IMG/VR virus record: IMGVR_UViG_3300031111_000236
Reading direction: 5' to 3' (one strand)
From: an uncultured virus (IMG/VR IMGVR_UViG_3300031111_000236)
Taxonomy: Duplodnaviria; Heunggongvirae; Uroviricota; Caudoviricetes
DNA length: 60,795 nt
The translations under genes and the position numbers were made by a program. Shown here one piece after another: positions 19,691 through 28,865 of this stretch (positions are counted from its first letter, which is position 1; every line of letters starts with the position of its first letter). The notes under the pieces are model-generated. The model was not told the origin of the DNA and searched no databases. It worked only from the letters and a program-made list of their open reading frames with translations.

Positions 19691-19855
19691 ATGTTGGTCA
19701 TATCCTTTCTATCGACCCTGATTTTACTCAGCATCGTTCTCATCGTACTCGGTGTGGGCGGGTACTACATCTACAAGATGATAAGGTACAAGCCAGGACA
19801 AGAGTCTTGTAAGAGGGGTCCTGATGGTAAGTGCGTAAAGCCGAAGAAGCGGTGA
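19691..19855 (+). CDS. small membrane protein (54 aa)
   Basis: One TM helix plus tail SCKRGPDGKCVKPKKR; TATA at ~19660. Confidence 0.6.
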   Translation: MLVISFLSTLILLSIVLIVLGVGGYYIYKMIRYKPGQESCKRGPDGKCVKPKKR

Positions 19856-19893
19856 CCCACTTCTTTTTATACTTCGTCGCTCTCGTTGTTGGC

Positions 19894-20088
19894 ATGAGAG
19901 AGGAAAGCGAGATACATGAGAAGCTGAGAGCTATCGACTCTGAACTTGTCAAGTTGAGAAATGAGCGCAGGAAGCTGATGGAAGAACAGGCTGGTGCTCT
20001 CATGGCTCCGAGGGTTCAATCCATTGACCAGATGGTCAGTAAGTACCAATCACAGGCTACCCTCTTGAGGTGGGTCCTGGGTGAATAG
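19894..20088 (+). CDS. small coiled-coil protein
   Basis: Leaderless promoter at 19856; heptad-like EKLRAIDSELVKLRNERRKL. Confidence 0.65.
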   Translation: MREESEIHEKLRAIDSELVKLRNERRKLMEEQAGALMAPRVQSIDQMVSKYQSQATLLRWVLGE

Positions 20089-20163
20089 TATTGTCTTCAG
20101 TCCGTGGTCCCTCTTGAGGCTATTTATATGCTCTCAAGAGTATTGGGAGTCGGTGATAGTAAA

Positions 20164-21498
20164 ATGAGACCGTTCGCATGGCAGGTTGACGTGTTCGAGA
20201 AGTGGGCCGAGAACGATTTCTCGGGTGTAGTGGTAGCTGTGCCTGGTGCAGGGAAGTCTTATGCCGCACTTCAGGCCCTTTCCAACTTTGATGACCACTC
20301 CAAGACCTTGATACTCGTACCCACGGTCCCCTTGAAGGAGCAGTGGGAGGAGCAGACCGACATACAGGTCCTCAACGTACAGTCTCCTGACCTCCCTGAT
20401 AGCGTTGACATCCTGGTGGTAGACGAGTGTCACCGCTTCGTTACTGAGAAGCGTATCGCCCTTTTGAGAGCCTTGAAGCCGAAGATGGTCCTCGGGCTGA
20501 CAGCGACCCCGAGTAAGAAGGTTCACGAAGAGTTCGGACCTGCAATCACGGACGTTGGGTTTGATGAGGCTAACGTTGCTGACTTCAAGGTCCACTTTTC
20601 AGCCGTCGATATGACCGCTCGTGAACAGGTTCATTATAAGAAGTTGACCAATATGATATCAGACATCATGAAGGACGACGGTCTTCCAATATACGAGCTT
20701 GAGGAGAAGGTCAAGTGGCTCATCATGGAAAGGAGGCAACTGGTCTACAAGATGAAGAATCGCTTACCAGCGGCTGTTATCATGGTGAACAAGTGGCTCG
20801 ATGATGGTCGCAAGGTCCTGGTGGTGGCTCGTACTATAGAGGAGGGGAGAGTCTTGGCCAAGGCTGTAAGACGGGGGTCCTTGGTATACAACTCCAAGGA
20901 CAACGACCTGGCTATCCTCAACAAGTTCAAGGAGATGGAGTATGGGGTTCTGATATCGTGTCAGAATCTCTCCGAGGGGTTTGACTGTCCAGATATTGAC
21001 ACCCTCTTGATGATGTCAATCAGCATTACTCACGCTTCCCATATTCAGACACTTGGGAGGGCCATCAGGAAGTGCCCAGACAAGGATAAGGTAGAGGTGC
21101 ACGTCCTCGTCGGTAGGAGTACGTCGGACGAGAGGGTGCTTGCCTTCGCTCAGGAGTACGATTCGGTGATAGACCCGAGACTCACTGTGCCTCTGCCTAA
21201 GAACGCTATCAAGGAGCAATACTATAAGGGAAAGAGATACTCCCTTGACAGCGACGGTAGGGTCTTCATCAAGGTCAAGTGGAACAGGGTCTACATGAAG
21301 CAGACTGATGATGCCCGAGAACTTGCGAAGATGGTACGAGTCCGCAAGAGGTTAGGCGGCAAGTTCAGCATCTACAACGGCAAGGTAATCGTGAGGGACG
21401 GCGAGGAGTACACCCTCTTGGGAACATGGGACGGCGAGCTGGTGGAGGAAGAGCCTCGGCAGGACGGTCCCGTTACATGGGAATCATTATTCAAATAG
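20164..21498 (+). CDS. SF2 DExH helicase (XPB/Rad25/UvsW-like)
   Basis: PGAGKS, DECH, LTATP, SEGFDCP, QTLGRAIR; GGTGAT at 20152. Confidence 0.92.
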   Translation: MRPFAWQVDVFEKWAENDFSGVVVAVPGAGKSYAALQALSNFDDHSKTLILVPTVPLKEQWEEQTDIQVLNVQSPDLPDSVDILVVDECHRFVTEKRIALLRALKPKMVLGLTATPSKKVHEEFGPAITDVGFDEANVADFKVHFSAVDMTAREQVHYKKLTNMISDIMKDDGLPIYELEEKVKWLIMERRQLVYKMKNRLPAAVIMVNKWLDDGRKVLVVARTIEEGRVLAKAVRRGSLVYNSKDNDLAILNKFKEMEYGVLISCQNLSEGFDCPDIDTLLMMSISITHASHIQTLGRAIRKCPDKDKVEVHVLVGRSTSDERVLAFAQEYDSVIDPRLTVPLPKNAIKEQYYKGKRYSLDSDGRVFIKVKWNRVYMKQTDDARELAKMVRVRKRLGGKFSIYNGKVIVRDGEEYTLLGTWDGELVEEEPRQDGPVTWESLFK

Positions 21499-21523
21499 AT
21501 ATAAAGGAGGTGATACAACGACA

Positions 21524-21856
21524 TTGAAATCTGCGACGACAGCCGATATCCTCGGGCACGACCATATCGTCATCTACACCACAGAAGATAGCCTCAAGCA
21601 CAAGCGTGGCCTCAAGGAGGGTGAAGATTTCCAGTACTTCTACTGGTCGATACGCCGCAACATCAAGAGGAACATCGTGCCTGGTTCCAGCAGAATCTTC
21701 TTTGCTGTCAAAGGGAAAGTAGTTGGTTCTTTCGAGATTGATGACTACAATCCTGGTGAGGAAGAGACAATAGTTTGGAACAAGCACACATGGCAGGAGG
21801 TTGATGAAGACATTTCCTGCAAGCCCTTCCGAGGGTTCCGCTATAAGTGGTGGTAG
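21524..21856 (+). CDS. hypothetical protein, possible ASCH/PUA-like fold
   Basis: GGAGGTGA SD; RIFFAVKGKVVG...PFRGFRY. Confidence 0.6.
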   Translation: MKSATTADILGHDHIVIYTTEDSLKHKRGLKEGEDFQYFYWSIRRNIKRNIVPGSSRIFFAVKGKVVGSFEIDDYNPGEEETIVWNKHTWQEVDEDISCKPFRGFRYKWW

Positions 21857-21904
21857 CCCTATTAAAAAGACATATATTATACTCTTATGACTTGGCTATC
21901 ACTG

Positions 21905-22032
21905 ATAATTTTTTCGCCGCTCGCCGAAATTTTCTCCAACTTTTAGTCTGGCTCTTTTCGACTTTGTGCAATCCGCACGTGTTTTGTTGAAAGCACCAAT
22001 TCTAAAATTTTCGCCGCACGCCGAAAAATTAT
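21905..22032. repeat. two 19-bp quasi-palindromic direct repeats in an AT-rich intergenic region (origin-like)
   Basis: TTTTCGCCGC(T/A)CGCCGAAA at 21911-21929 and 22008-22026. Confidence 0.7.
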
Positions 22033-22300
22033 CCAAAAACCCCCCAATATAGTAATATTATACGACACTATTATACACATATGTATAACATTTTTCGGGC
22101 ATATTCACCCATTTTAAAAAGTGCTTCGCATGATTTCGCAGTCGAGATGTCTTTTAGGCCCCATATTCAAAATCACGAAACCGATAAAAATTCAAGGGTG
22201 TTCAGAACAGATGTGTCCATTCTATATTGTCTTTGGGACTCGACCCCTCTCGAAACACCTTATTACATACCCCCGAGAATATAACCGTGGTGATAGCAAA

Positions 22301-23155
22301 GTGGCCGAAACAGAATCAATCGGTATGTGCCTGTCTGCGAACGCTTCGGAACATCCTGCTCTTGAGGGCAAGGAGTCCGCCAAGGTCGGAACCAAAGAGT
22401 GGGCCGAGCATAACAAGAACATAGACGTGGGGTGCGCCAACGGGTGTACCTACTGCTACGCCTATGGGATGCTCGGACTGAGGTTCAAGCTCGTCAAGAG
22501 TCACGAGGAGTGGATGTGCCCGAGGGCCAACTCCAATGGCGAGAAGGAGCGACCCAAGAAGCTCGATGGGCGCATCATGTTCCCTACGAGCCACGATATC
22601 CATGTCGGTAACATCGACAGGGTGGTCGTGTTCCTCCGCAGGTGGTTGGAGGTTGGGAACGATATTCTCGTCACTTCTAAGCCTTCCTATGTGTGCATCA
22701 AGAGGCTCTGTGACGAGTTAGGTGAGTTCAAGGACCAGATAACCTTCAGGTTCACTATCGGGTCCATGAACGACGACACGACTCGTTTCTGGGAGCCAAA
22801 GGCTCCCCTCTTCGAGGAGAGGCTCAGGGCATTGGTGTACGCCTACTCCAAGGGCTTCAGAACCTCCGTGAGTATGGAGCCATTTCTGGACTCAAGTGTT
22901 GTCAGAGTCTTTCACAAGTTGAAGGACTTCGTGACCGACACTATCTGGGTCGGGAAGATGAACTACATCGACCAGTACGTCAAGAGGGACGAGATGGACG
23001 CTGAGAGTCTTGCGTTCCTCTACGAGGTCGAGTCTTGCCAGACGGACGAGAGCATCTGGAGGCTCTACAACGAGCTGAAGAGGGAGTCAAAGGTCCGCTG
23101 GAAGGACAGCATCAGAGAGGTCGTTGGCCTCGCAGAGTACGACGGGGTAGCTTAG
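22301..23155 (+). CDS. radical SAM protein, spore photoproduct lyase (SplB)-like / phage-type
   Basis: GCANGCTYCYA, LVTSK, WEPKAP..EERL, SMEP; GGTGAT at 22289 before GTG. Confidence 0.8.
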   Translation: MAETESIGMCLSANASEHPALEGKESAKVGTKEWAEHNKNIDVGCANGCTYCYAYGMLGLRFKLVKSHEEWMCPRANSNGEKERPKKLDGRIMFPTSHDIHVGNIDRVVVFLRRWLEVGNDILVTSKPSYVCIKRLCDELGEFKDQITFRFTIGSMNDDTTRFWEPKAPLFEERLRALVYAYSKGFRTSVSMEPFLDSSVVRVFHKLKDFVTDTIWVGKMNYIDQYVKRDEMDAESLAFLYEVESCQTDESIWRLYNELKRESKVRWKDSIREVVGLAEYDGVA

Positions 23156-23195
23156 GCTACCCTCAATCTCTATATAAGCGGTAATCAGTCTCATC

Positions 23196-23286
23196 GGGTG
23201 TCGGGGTCATATCATATATCACATGGCCTGACTGTTATCACCAAACAAGAAGCTATAAGAGGCCCCGACACCCTCCAATTATTTTT
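23196..23286 (+). ncRNA. candidate small RNA with paired ends
   Basis: 13-bp stem GGGTGTCGGGGTC/GGCCCCGACACCC, TATATAAG 25 nt upstream, T-run downstream. Confidence 0.5.
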
Positions 23287-23354
23287 CAGTACCCGAAACT
23301 TTATTTATTTCGTAGCCTCAGTAGTCGTAAGGATACTACAGAGGCGATGACTGC

Positions 23355-24014
23355 ATGGCGAAGAATGATTTCGTGAAATTCAAGGAAGAGGTTTTAGGAT
23401 ACGTTAACGAGAAAGGTCTGAGATTCAAGACCGTGTTCCCTTACGATACTACCAAGAGTGGTGACTATAGACAGTTCGAGCTGGTCAAGACAATGGGTAA
23501 GCTCGTACATAGGGCGACGATAGTGTTCGACGGGCGTGTATGGGACGGCTACACCTATAAGGTGGCCGAGAGGCCGTGGAGAATGAGGTGTAGAAGCAGT
23601 GACCGTCCGAAGAAGCCTGAGACACGCTACAAGACTCTTCGCTCAGCAGTCTACTCTGCGATGAACACAATCGACAAGGAGATAGGCAGGAGAAAGGGGA
23701 ACATAGAGGCCGAGAGTCAGAGACGTAAGGACGAGAGTGTCCTGAAAGATGCTCTTGAATCAGTAGAACTCATACCCACGTCCGAGAAACCTTTCAGCTA
23801 CGGGTTCGTGTACCCGCACGCTGACTACGACCTCGAAGGGGAGGCTCGTCTTGTTGATGGTGAGACCAAGCTGTTCAATCTTCGTCTGAGTCTTAGACAC
23901 AGGGAGTTCACTACTGAGCAGGTAGTGAACATTATCGACTCGCTGGAAGGTATGGTAAACTGTGTCAACAGTGAGCCTGACGACGAAGAGGAGCCCGAAG
24001 AGCACCAAGAGTAA
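23355..24014 (+). CDS. hypothetical protein, RYxT(L/V)xxA family
   Basis: RYKTLRSAV followed by a charged helix; compare 27191 and 44277. Confidence 0.75.
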   Translation: MAKNDFVKFKEEVLGYVNEKGLRFKTVFPYDTTKSGDYRQFELVKTMGKLVHRATIVFDGRVWDGYTYKVAERPWRMRCRSSDRPKKPETRYKTLRSAVYSAMNTIDKEIGRRKGNIEAESQRRKDESVLKDALESVELIPTSEKPFSYGFVYPHADYDLEGEARLVDGETKLFNLRLSLRHREFTTEQVVNIIDSLEGMVNCVNSEPDDEEEPEEHQE

Positions 24015-24096
24015 GCTCCTATTGTCTTCATAACGCAGGGGTTTCGCCCCTATCTTATATACATTACAGTGTCATGCTATCTCTGGTGATAACAAA

Positions 24097-24915
24097 ATGA
24101 CACGAAGCAGTTTCTTCGATTTCCGCACGGGCGGTAGTGGTCTCAAGAACTCCAAGCTGAGGGCTTTCGATGACCCAAAGAAGACAGCCAAGGCGAATCA
24201 TGACCAGTACAAAATAGAGGTTCTCTTCGCAGAGGTAGAGCACTGGCTCTACAGGAAAAAGGCTATGGGGCAGGGGAAGGACGGTAAGTTCCTGTGCTCT
24301 ATCATGTCTGAGACCGAGAAGGCGTACTACGTGAGGATTCTCCAGTGGGTCCATGACCAGGTGTATGCCTTTGCGAACCATGTCTGGGTTCCCAAGTCCC
24401 AGGTAATCTCGATGGACCCTATCGGTACAGCGGTCTATTGGGGGGCTCTTGAGTTCGACGAGAATATCTACGAGTCTCCTGGGTGCTTCTGCTGGAAGCC
24501 TGACGATGGACACCTCCCTCCGCCTGACCTGAACGAGGGCACACCTCTCGATGAGGACCCCGAGGTCACGGCCTTTAACGAGGAGGTCAAGCGCAATGAG
24601 ACCGCAAGGGAGATGGAGCTTACTGAGTACGGGACCTTGAAGAAGGACCCGACGACCAGGGCTTTCTTGATACAGCGCATCAAGGACAGGGGCTTCCCTA
24701 TCATGTTCAACATCGCTGTCCCTGGCGGACTCACAGAGACTTGTGTAGCCGTCAATGAGACCGATGTGTGGTACTTGGAGCCTGACTCGATGGAACCTGT
24801 GCACTACAGGAGCTTGGAGAGCCTTAAGGATGACGTTCTCTTCCACCTCTTGTACGGCACACAGAAACCCAACAAGATAGAAGCCTGGGTCGATGACTTC
24901 ATGGATATGTGCTAA
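24097..24915 (+). CDS. hypothetical protein
   Basis: 272-aa ORF behind an ATTGTCTT promoter and GGTGAT. Confidence 0.75.
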   Translation: MTRSSFFDFRTGGSGLKNSKLRAFDDPKKTAKANHDQYKIEVLFAEVEHWLYRKKAMGQGKDGKFLCSIMSETEKAYYVRILQWVHDQVYAFANHVWVPKSQVISMDPIGTAVYWGALEFDENIYESPGCFCWKPDDGHLPPPDLNEGTPLDEDPEVTAFNEEVKRNETAREMELTEYGTLKKDPTTRAFLIQRIKDRGFPIMFNIAVPGGLTETCVAVNETDVWYLEPDSMEPVHYRSLESLKDDVLFHLLYGTQKPNKIEAWVDDFMDMC

Positions 24916-24964
24916 GCGCATATCCACCCATTTCTTTTTATATTTCCACTTTTTTTCTACTCAC

Positions 24965-25495
24965 ATGACACGTGATTGTACGGAGTGCGGACTCTGTAAG
25001 ACCCGTACTCAGATAGTGTGGGGTGATGGGAGCTACACCGCTGAAGTTATGTTCGTGGGTGAGGCCCCTGGTATGCACGAGGACGCTGAGGGCCGTCCCT
25101 TCATAGGGCGTGCTGGTAAAATTCTTACAGACATGATACGTGAGCTTGGGCTGACTCGTAAGAGCGTGTTCATCACTAACATCGTTAAGTGCCGCCCTCC
25201 GAACAACAGGGACCCTCGTACTGAGGAGATAGATGCGTGTGGTCATCACCTCGATGAAGAGATAGAGCGAGTCAACCCCAAGTTTATCTGCACGCTCGGA
25301 AGGTTTTCGGGGAGCTACGTGCTGAATAAGTACGGTCTGAGCATGGGGTCGATGTCGCAGGTACATGGTCTCTTCTACAAGACAAGTGATGGCATAGTAA
25401 TCGTACCCCTCTATCATCCAGCCGCTCTGATGTACGACAGACACAAGATACCTATCATGAAAAAGGACCTGGACAAGATAAAGGCCCTCTTGTAG
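24965..25495 (+). CDS. udg: uracil-DNA glycosylase family 4 (Fe-S)
   Basis: CTECGL, FVGEAPG, GRPFIGRAG, NIVKCRPPNNRDP, YHPAA. Confidence 0.95.
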   Translation: MTRDCTECGLCKTRTQIVWGDGSYTAEVMFVGEAPGMHEDAEGRPFIGRAGKILTDMIRELGLTRKSVFITNIVKCRPPNNRDPRTEEIDACGHHLDEEIERVNPKFICTLGRFSGSYVLNKYGLSMGSMSQVHGLFYKTSDGIVIVPLYHPAALMYDRHKIPIMKKDLDKIKALL

Positions 25496-25534
25496 AACCC
25501 AATTCTTTTTATACTTTGACCATAATCGGAACAT

Positions 25535-25885
25535 ATGATGAACGAGGTCGATGCGCTAAAACTCAAGAAGGTCGTGAAGCTCTGTGTTGATGCGGCTCTT
25601 GATATCGACAAGGAGCATGACTACAAAGAGTTGGTCGATAAGTTCGGTAGGCGTGGGTGTATAGCAAGGGCCTCGGAGAGCTTTCATTTTCTTGAAAGGG
25701 GTATATGGGAAAAGGTCAAGGACCTTCCTGATGATGACGTTAAACATCTATCTGTTGACATAATAATCAATCTGGCATATCTAATCACACTGCTCGACAA
25801 GAGGGAAGACCACGAGCTTCCTGTTACAAAGCAAGAAGAGAAGCCACAAAATGAGGACCCGTTTGATGAAATATTCGGGGGGTGA
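25535..25885 (+). CDS. hypothetical helical protein (weak DUF1599-like resemblance)
   Basis: Leaderless promoter at 25497; FGRRGCIAR...DIIINLAY. Confidence 0.6.
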   Translation: MMNEVDALKLKKVVKLCVDAALDIDKEHDYKELVDKFGRRGCIARASESFHFLERGIWEKVKDLPDDDVKHLSVDIIINLAYLITLLDKREDHELPVTKQEEKPQNEDPFDEIFGG

Positions 25886-25957
25886 GGCCCCCTGACCAAT
25901 GTCGATTCCGCTGGTTACTCTAAGGTACTCGAACGTACTATCAACCCTGATATAATA

Positions 25958-26170
25958 TTGGCGGGGATATCATTAGACCTCCAAGAGTTCGGAGGTGAGC
26001 TGAGATGCGAGAGGTGCGGTAGGAAGCAGAAGTTGGGCGACATAAAAGAATACCTCTTGTACGGGTGGCCTAAGTGCAAGCGTTGTAAGATAACAATGCG
26101 TTGGTACACCGATGCGCAGATAGAAGCTGAGAAGGAGAAAAAACATGACTGTCACAAAGAACCCTCCTGA
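25958..26170 (+). CDS. small Zn-ribbon protein
   Basis: CERC...WPKCKRC. Confidence 0.55.
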   Translation: MAGISLDLQEFGGELRCERCGRKQKLGDIKEYLLYGWPKCKRCKITMRWYTDAQIEAEKEKKHDCHKEPS

Positions 26171-27110
26171 GATAGGTGATGTTGGGAACATGAGGAGTGT
26201 GGTCGGGTTCGATAGGGAACCTCGACTGTCGCCTATCCGTCCTCGTATAACCAACGACGAGGGGTTGGTGACTAATTCAAGCGAAGGAAAGACGGTAAAG
26301 GCCAGTGCACCGCTCCAACTCATCTGGTCCGACGACTCGTGGGAAGGGGGTAGCTCCCTCTTCCCTGTTCCCCCTACGGAGACTGAGAACAAGTTCGTGG
26401 CCCTTGTGAGACGCAAAGGTACGGAGCTGAGTGGCAAGGACTACACGATGGGTCAGTACGTCTGTGAGCATGAGCTTCTGGACAATATCACATACGACTC
26501 GATGTTCATGGCCGCTGTGTACTCGATACTATCTGCGGCAGAGATATACTCCAAACAGTTGAAAGTGTTCAGAGCACTACACAGAGCTGGTCTGAACACC
26601 CCTACGGCTATGCTTGAGAACACCGATACTCTGAAGAGTGTCATTGGGAAGGCAAGATGGCCAAACTCGAAGTATGACTACGTTACCCGCCTTGCGGAAT
26701 ATTGGAAGGTAACAGACTTCGCAGGGTGCGTGTGGACTGATGTATTCTGCAACAGAAGAGGACACGCTCTTGAACTCAGGGAGCGCATGGCTAAAGAGGT
26801 CCGTGGTATGGCTCAAAAGACCTCCTCGCTCTGGCTCATGAAGCTCGGGTACGATAACTTATGCTGTATCGATATCTGGGTTGTCCGATGGCTCAACGCT
26901 CTTGGTCATGAGGTTCGTATACCCGAGTATCAGGTAACACGGGGCCTCACGGGTAAGCCTTACCTCGATGCGGAAAAGATTATGTTCGAGCTTGCCGAGG
27001 AGCGAGAGGTGTCTCCCGCCCTCTTGTCAACAACAGTATGGGCTAAGTATTCGAGTTGGACATCCAATTCTCTCGGTCCAGGACAGTTGAGAATTACAGA
27101 CTACCTGTAG
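26145..27110 (+). CDS. 8-oxoguanine DNA glycosylase / N-glycosylase-like (HhH); true start probably downstream
   Basis: VRGMAQKTSSLWLMKLGYDNLCCIDIWV resembles the archaeal Ogg HhH-Lys...Asp motif; YLDAEKI...LSTTVW. Confidence 0.75.
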   Translation: MTVTKNPPEIGDVGNMRSVVGFDREPRLSPIRPRITNDEGLVTNSSEGKTVKASAPLQLIWSDDSWEGGSSLFPVPPTETENKFVALVRRKGTELSGKDYTMGQYVCEHELLDNITYDSMFMAAVYSILSAAEIYSKQLKVFRALHRAGLNTPTAMLENTDTLKSVIGKARWPNSKYDYVTRLAEYWKVTDFAGCVWTDVFCNRRGHALELRERMAKEVRGMAQKTSSLWLMKLGYDNLCCIDIWVVRWLNALGHEVRIPEYQVTRGLTGKPYLDAEKIMFELAEEREVSPALLSTTVWAKYSSWTSNSLGPGQLRITDYL

Positions 27111-27190
27111 CTGTATTGTCTTAGAAAACCCAGGCGACTCGTCAGTCTTTATATGTTTTCACAACGATATTACTCTTGGTGATATCAAAG

Positions 27191-27991
27191 ATGGCAACCA
27201 AGAAGATTAAGATGGTAGTTGACGAGTTAGTGACCGCAGAGTACGACGACCCGCAAGCTGGCAAGTGCAAGGTGTATAGGGAGAGGTACGGGGGTTTGAA
27301 AGTCATGAGGGTGTCGGACGACTCCACTGTATACGAGAGGGAGTATGACCGCAAGACCGCAGAGTCCGCTCTTGGGGAAGCTCTGAAGAAGGCACGTGCC
27401 AAGAGGGTAGAGCAGATGAAGGGTATCATCGCCGCTCTGAAAGTGCCTGATGACGTGGAAATAGTCTACGAGGACCGCAAGAACGAACCCGAGGTCTTCA
27501 GGCTTTTGAAGAGAGAAGGCGAGTTCGAGGCATCTGTCACTATTTCTTACAAGAACAGGGTCTACAACGGTGGCTTCCTTTACTCGCACTCAAAGACCAA
27601 CGTCCCGTGGATAAGGAGCGGTCCTGGCTACGACATCAAGGACCAGAGGTACGGGACTGTAAAAACCGCTGTCGAGAAGGCCCTGCCCCTCTTGGATGAA
27701 GAAATCGAGTCACAGAAGAGGAGACAGGAGAAGAAGTACTTCGAGGGCTTTAGGGATAATCGCATGAAGGAGATTGCGGAGGCACACAACTACGAGTTGG
27801 AAATCAATCGTGGCCGCTACAACTCCGTCAACTATATGTTCGTCAAGCAGGTTGGGACCGCCCGTGTTAGCGTTCAGGTCTACTATGACAAGAAGAAGGA
27901 CACCGTGACCTTCGGTAAGCCCAAGGTGACCTACGATGGCGAACACTCTTTCGAGACGTTCGACGCTATTATCGAGAGACTCACTGAGTGA
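27191..27991 (+). CDS. hypothetical protein, RYxT(L/V)xxA family
   Basis: RYGTVKTAV..ESQKRRQE; ATTGTCTT promoter. Confidence 0.75.
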   Translation: MATKKIKMVVDELVTAEYDDPQAGKCKVYRERYGGLKVMRVSDDSTVYEREYDRKTAESALGEALKKARAKRVEQMKGIIAALKVPDDVEIVYEDRKNEPEVFRLLKREGEFEASVTISYKNRVYNGGFLYSHSKTNVPWIRSGPGYDIKDQRYGTVKTAVEKALPLLDEEIESQKRRQEKKYFEGFRDNRMKEIAEAHNYELEINRGRYNSVNYMFVKQVGTARVSVQVYYDKKKDTVTFGKPKVTYDGEHSFETFDAIIERLTE

Positions 27992-28130
27992 GTCTCTCAT
28001 TTTATCTTTTTTTTTTGTTTCTCTTTTTCTGCAATCGTCGAACCACACGTTCGTCGGGTTTTCTATATTTAAGGTTGATGTGTAACGCTTATATATATGT
28101 GTGTTGATGATACATTGGGTGAAAAACCAT

Positions 28131-28736
28131 ATGGCTGATGTAAAGCAGAGAACTCTGTGGATAGGAATCATCCTGCTGGTTGTGGGTCTGCTCCACATCG
28201 TCTTCTTCTACCCCTTCGTCGCCTTGAACCAGGACTGGCACTACTACAGCGGTCCAGGCGAGATAGAGGAAGCTGATGAGGACCAGACACTCAAGATGGC
28301 AGGATGGGTGTACGGACTTGAGGAACATGGGGACTACGTGTACATGGTCGTCGATTGGGACAACGGTGAGACTACCGCTGTCATCGCTGAGACTGACCAG
28401 GGCTTCGACCCCACCTACAGTCGTGTAATCATGGTTGTTGAGTACGATGAGGATTACGAACAACCTGATGCCTACGACAAGGACGACTACGAGCTGGATG
28501 ACGATGACAAGGACGATATGCTGGAACTCGCCGAAGACATGGACGAGGCCACGCTCGAAACTGCCTTCGAACTCCAGGAAGACGCTGGTGTCACAGTCCA
28601 GAAGGGACCTGGATACCTCGGCTGGCTCGGAATCGCTGTGACCTCACTCGGTCTGATTGTCATTCTGTACGCTGTGTTCTTCAGGGACAAGGTGTGCAAG
28701 GGCAAGAAGAACGAGGACTTCTGCAAGGTCATGTAG
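28131..28736 (+). CDS. membrane protein with acidic extracytoplasmic domain
   Basis: N- and C-terminal TM helices; Cys-pair basic tail; GGTGA at 28118. Confidence 0.75.
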   Translation: MADVKQRTLWIGIILLVVGLLHIVFFYPFVALNQDWHYYSGPGEIEEADEDQTLKMAGWVYGLEEHGDYVYMVVDWDNGETTAVIAETDQGFDPTYSRVIMVVEYDEDYEQPDAYDKDDYELDDDDKDDMLELAEDMDEATLETAFELQEDAGVTVQKGPGYLGWLGIAVTSLGLIVILYAVFFRDKVCKGKKNEDFCKVM

Positions 28737-28772
28737 ACGCTCAACGGCTTCTACAATCGTACACAAAACCAC

Positions 28773-28808
28773 GGGGGCCTCTGGCCCCCACATTTTTTCT
28801 ATTTTTTT
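28773..28808 (+). terminator. hairpin plus T-run terminator
   Basis: GGGGGCC-tct-GGCCCCC then TTTTTT. Confidence 0.65.
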
Positions 28809-28865
28809 AACCCCCAACTTTTTATACTTCGTACTCATAATTTTCTTGCATACGAGGCGAAGTAG

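Noticed and set aside
22081..22300. ORF 22081-22284 and the N-terminal extension of the radical SAM ORF from 22121
   Set aside because: They run through AT-rich non-coding and promoter DNA; the SD points to GTG 22301.
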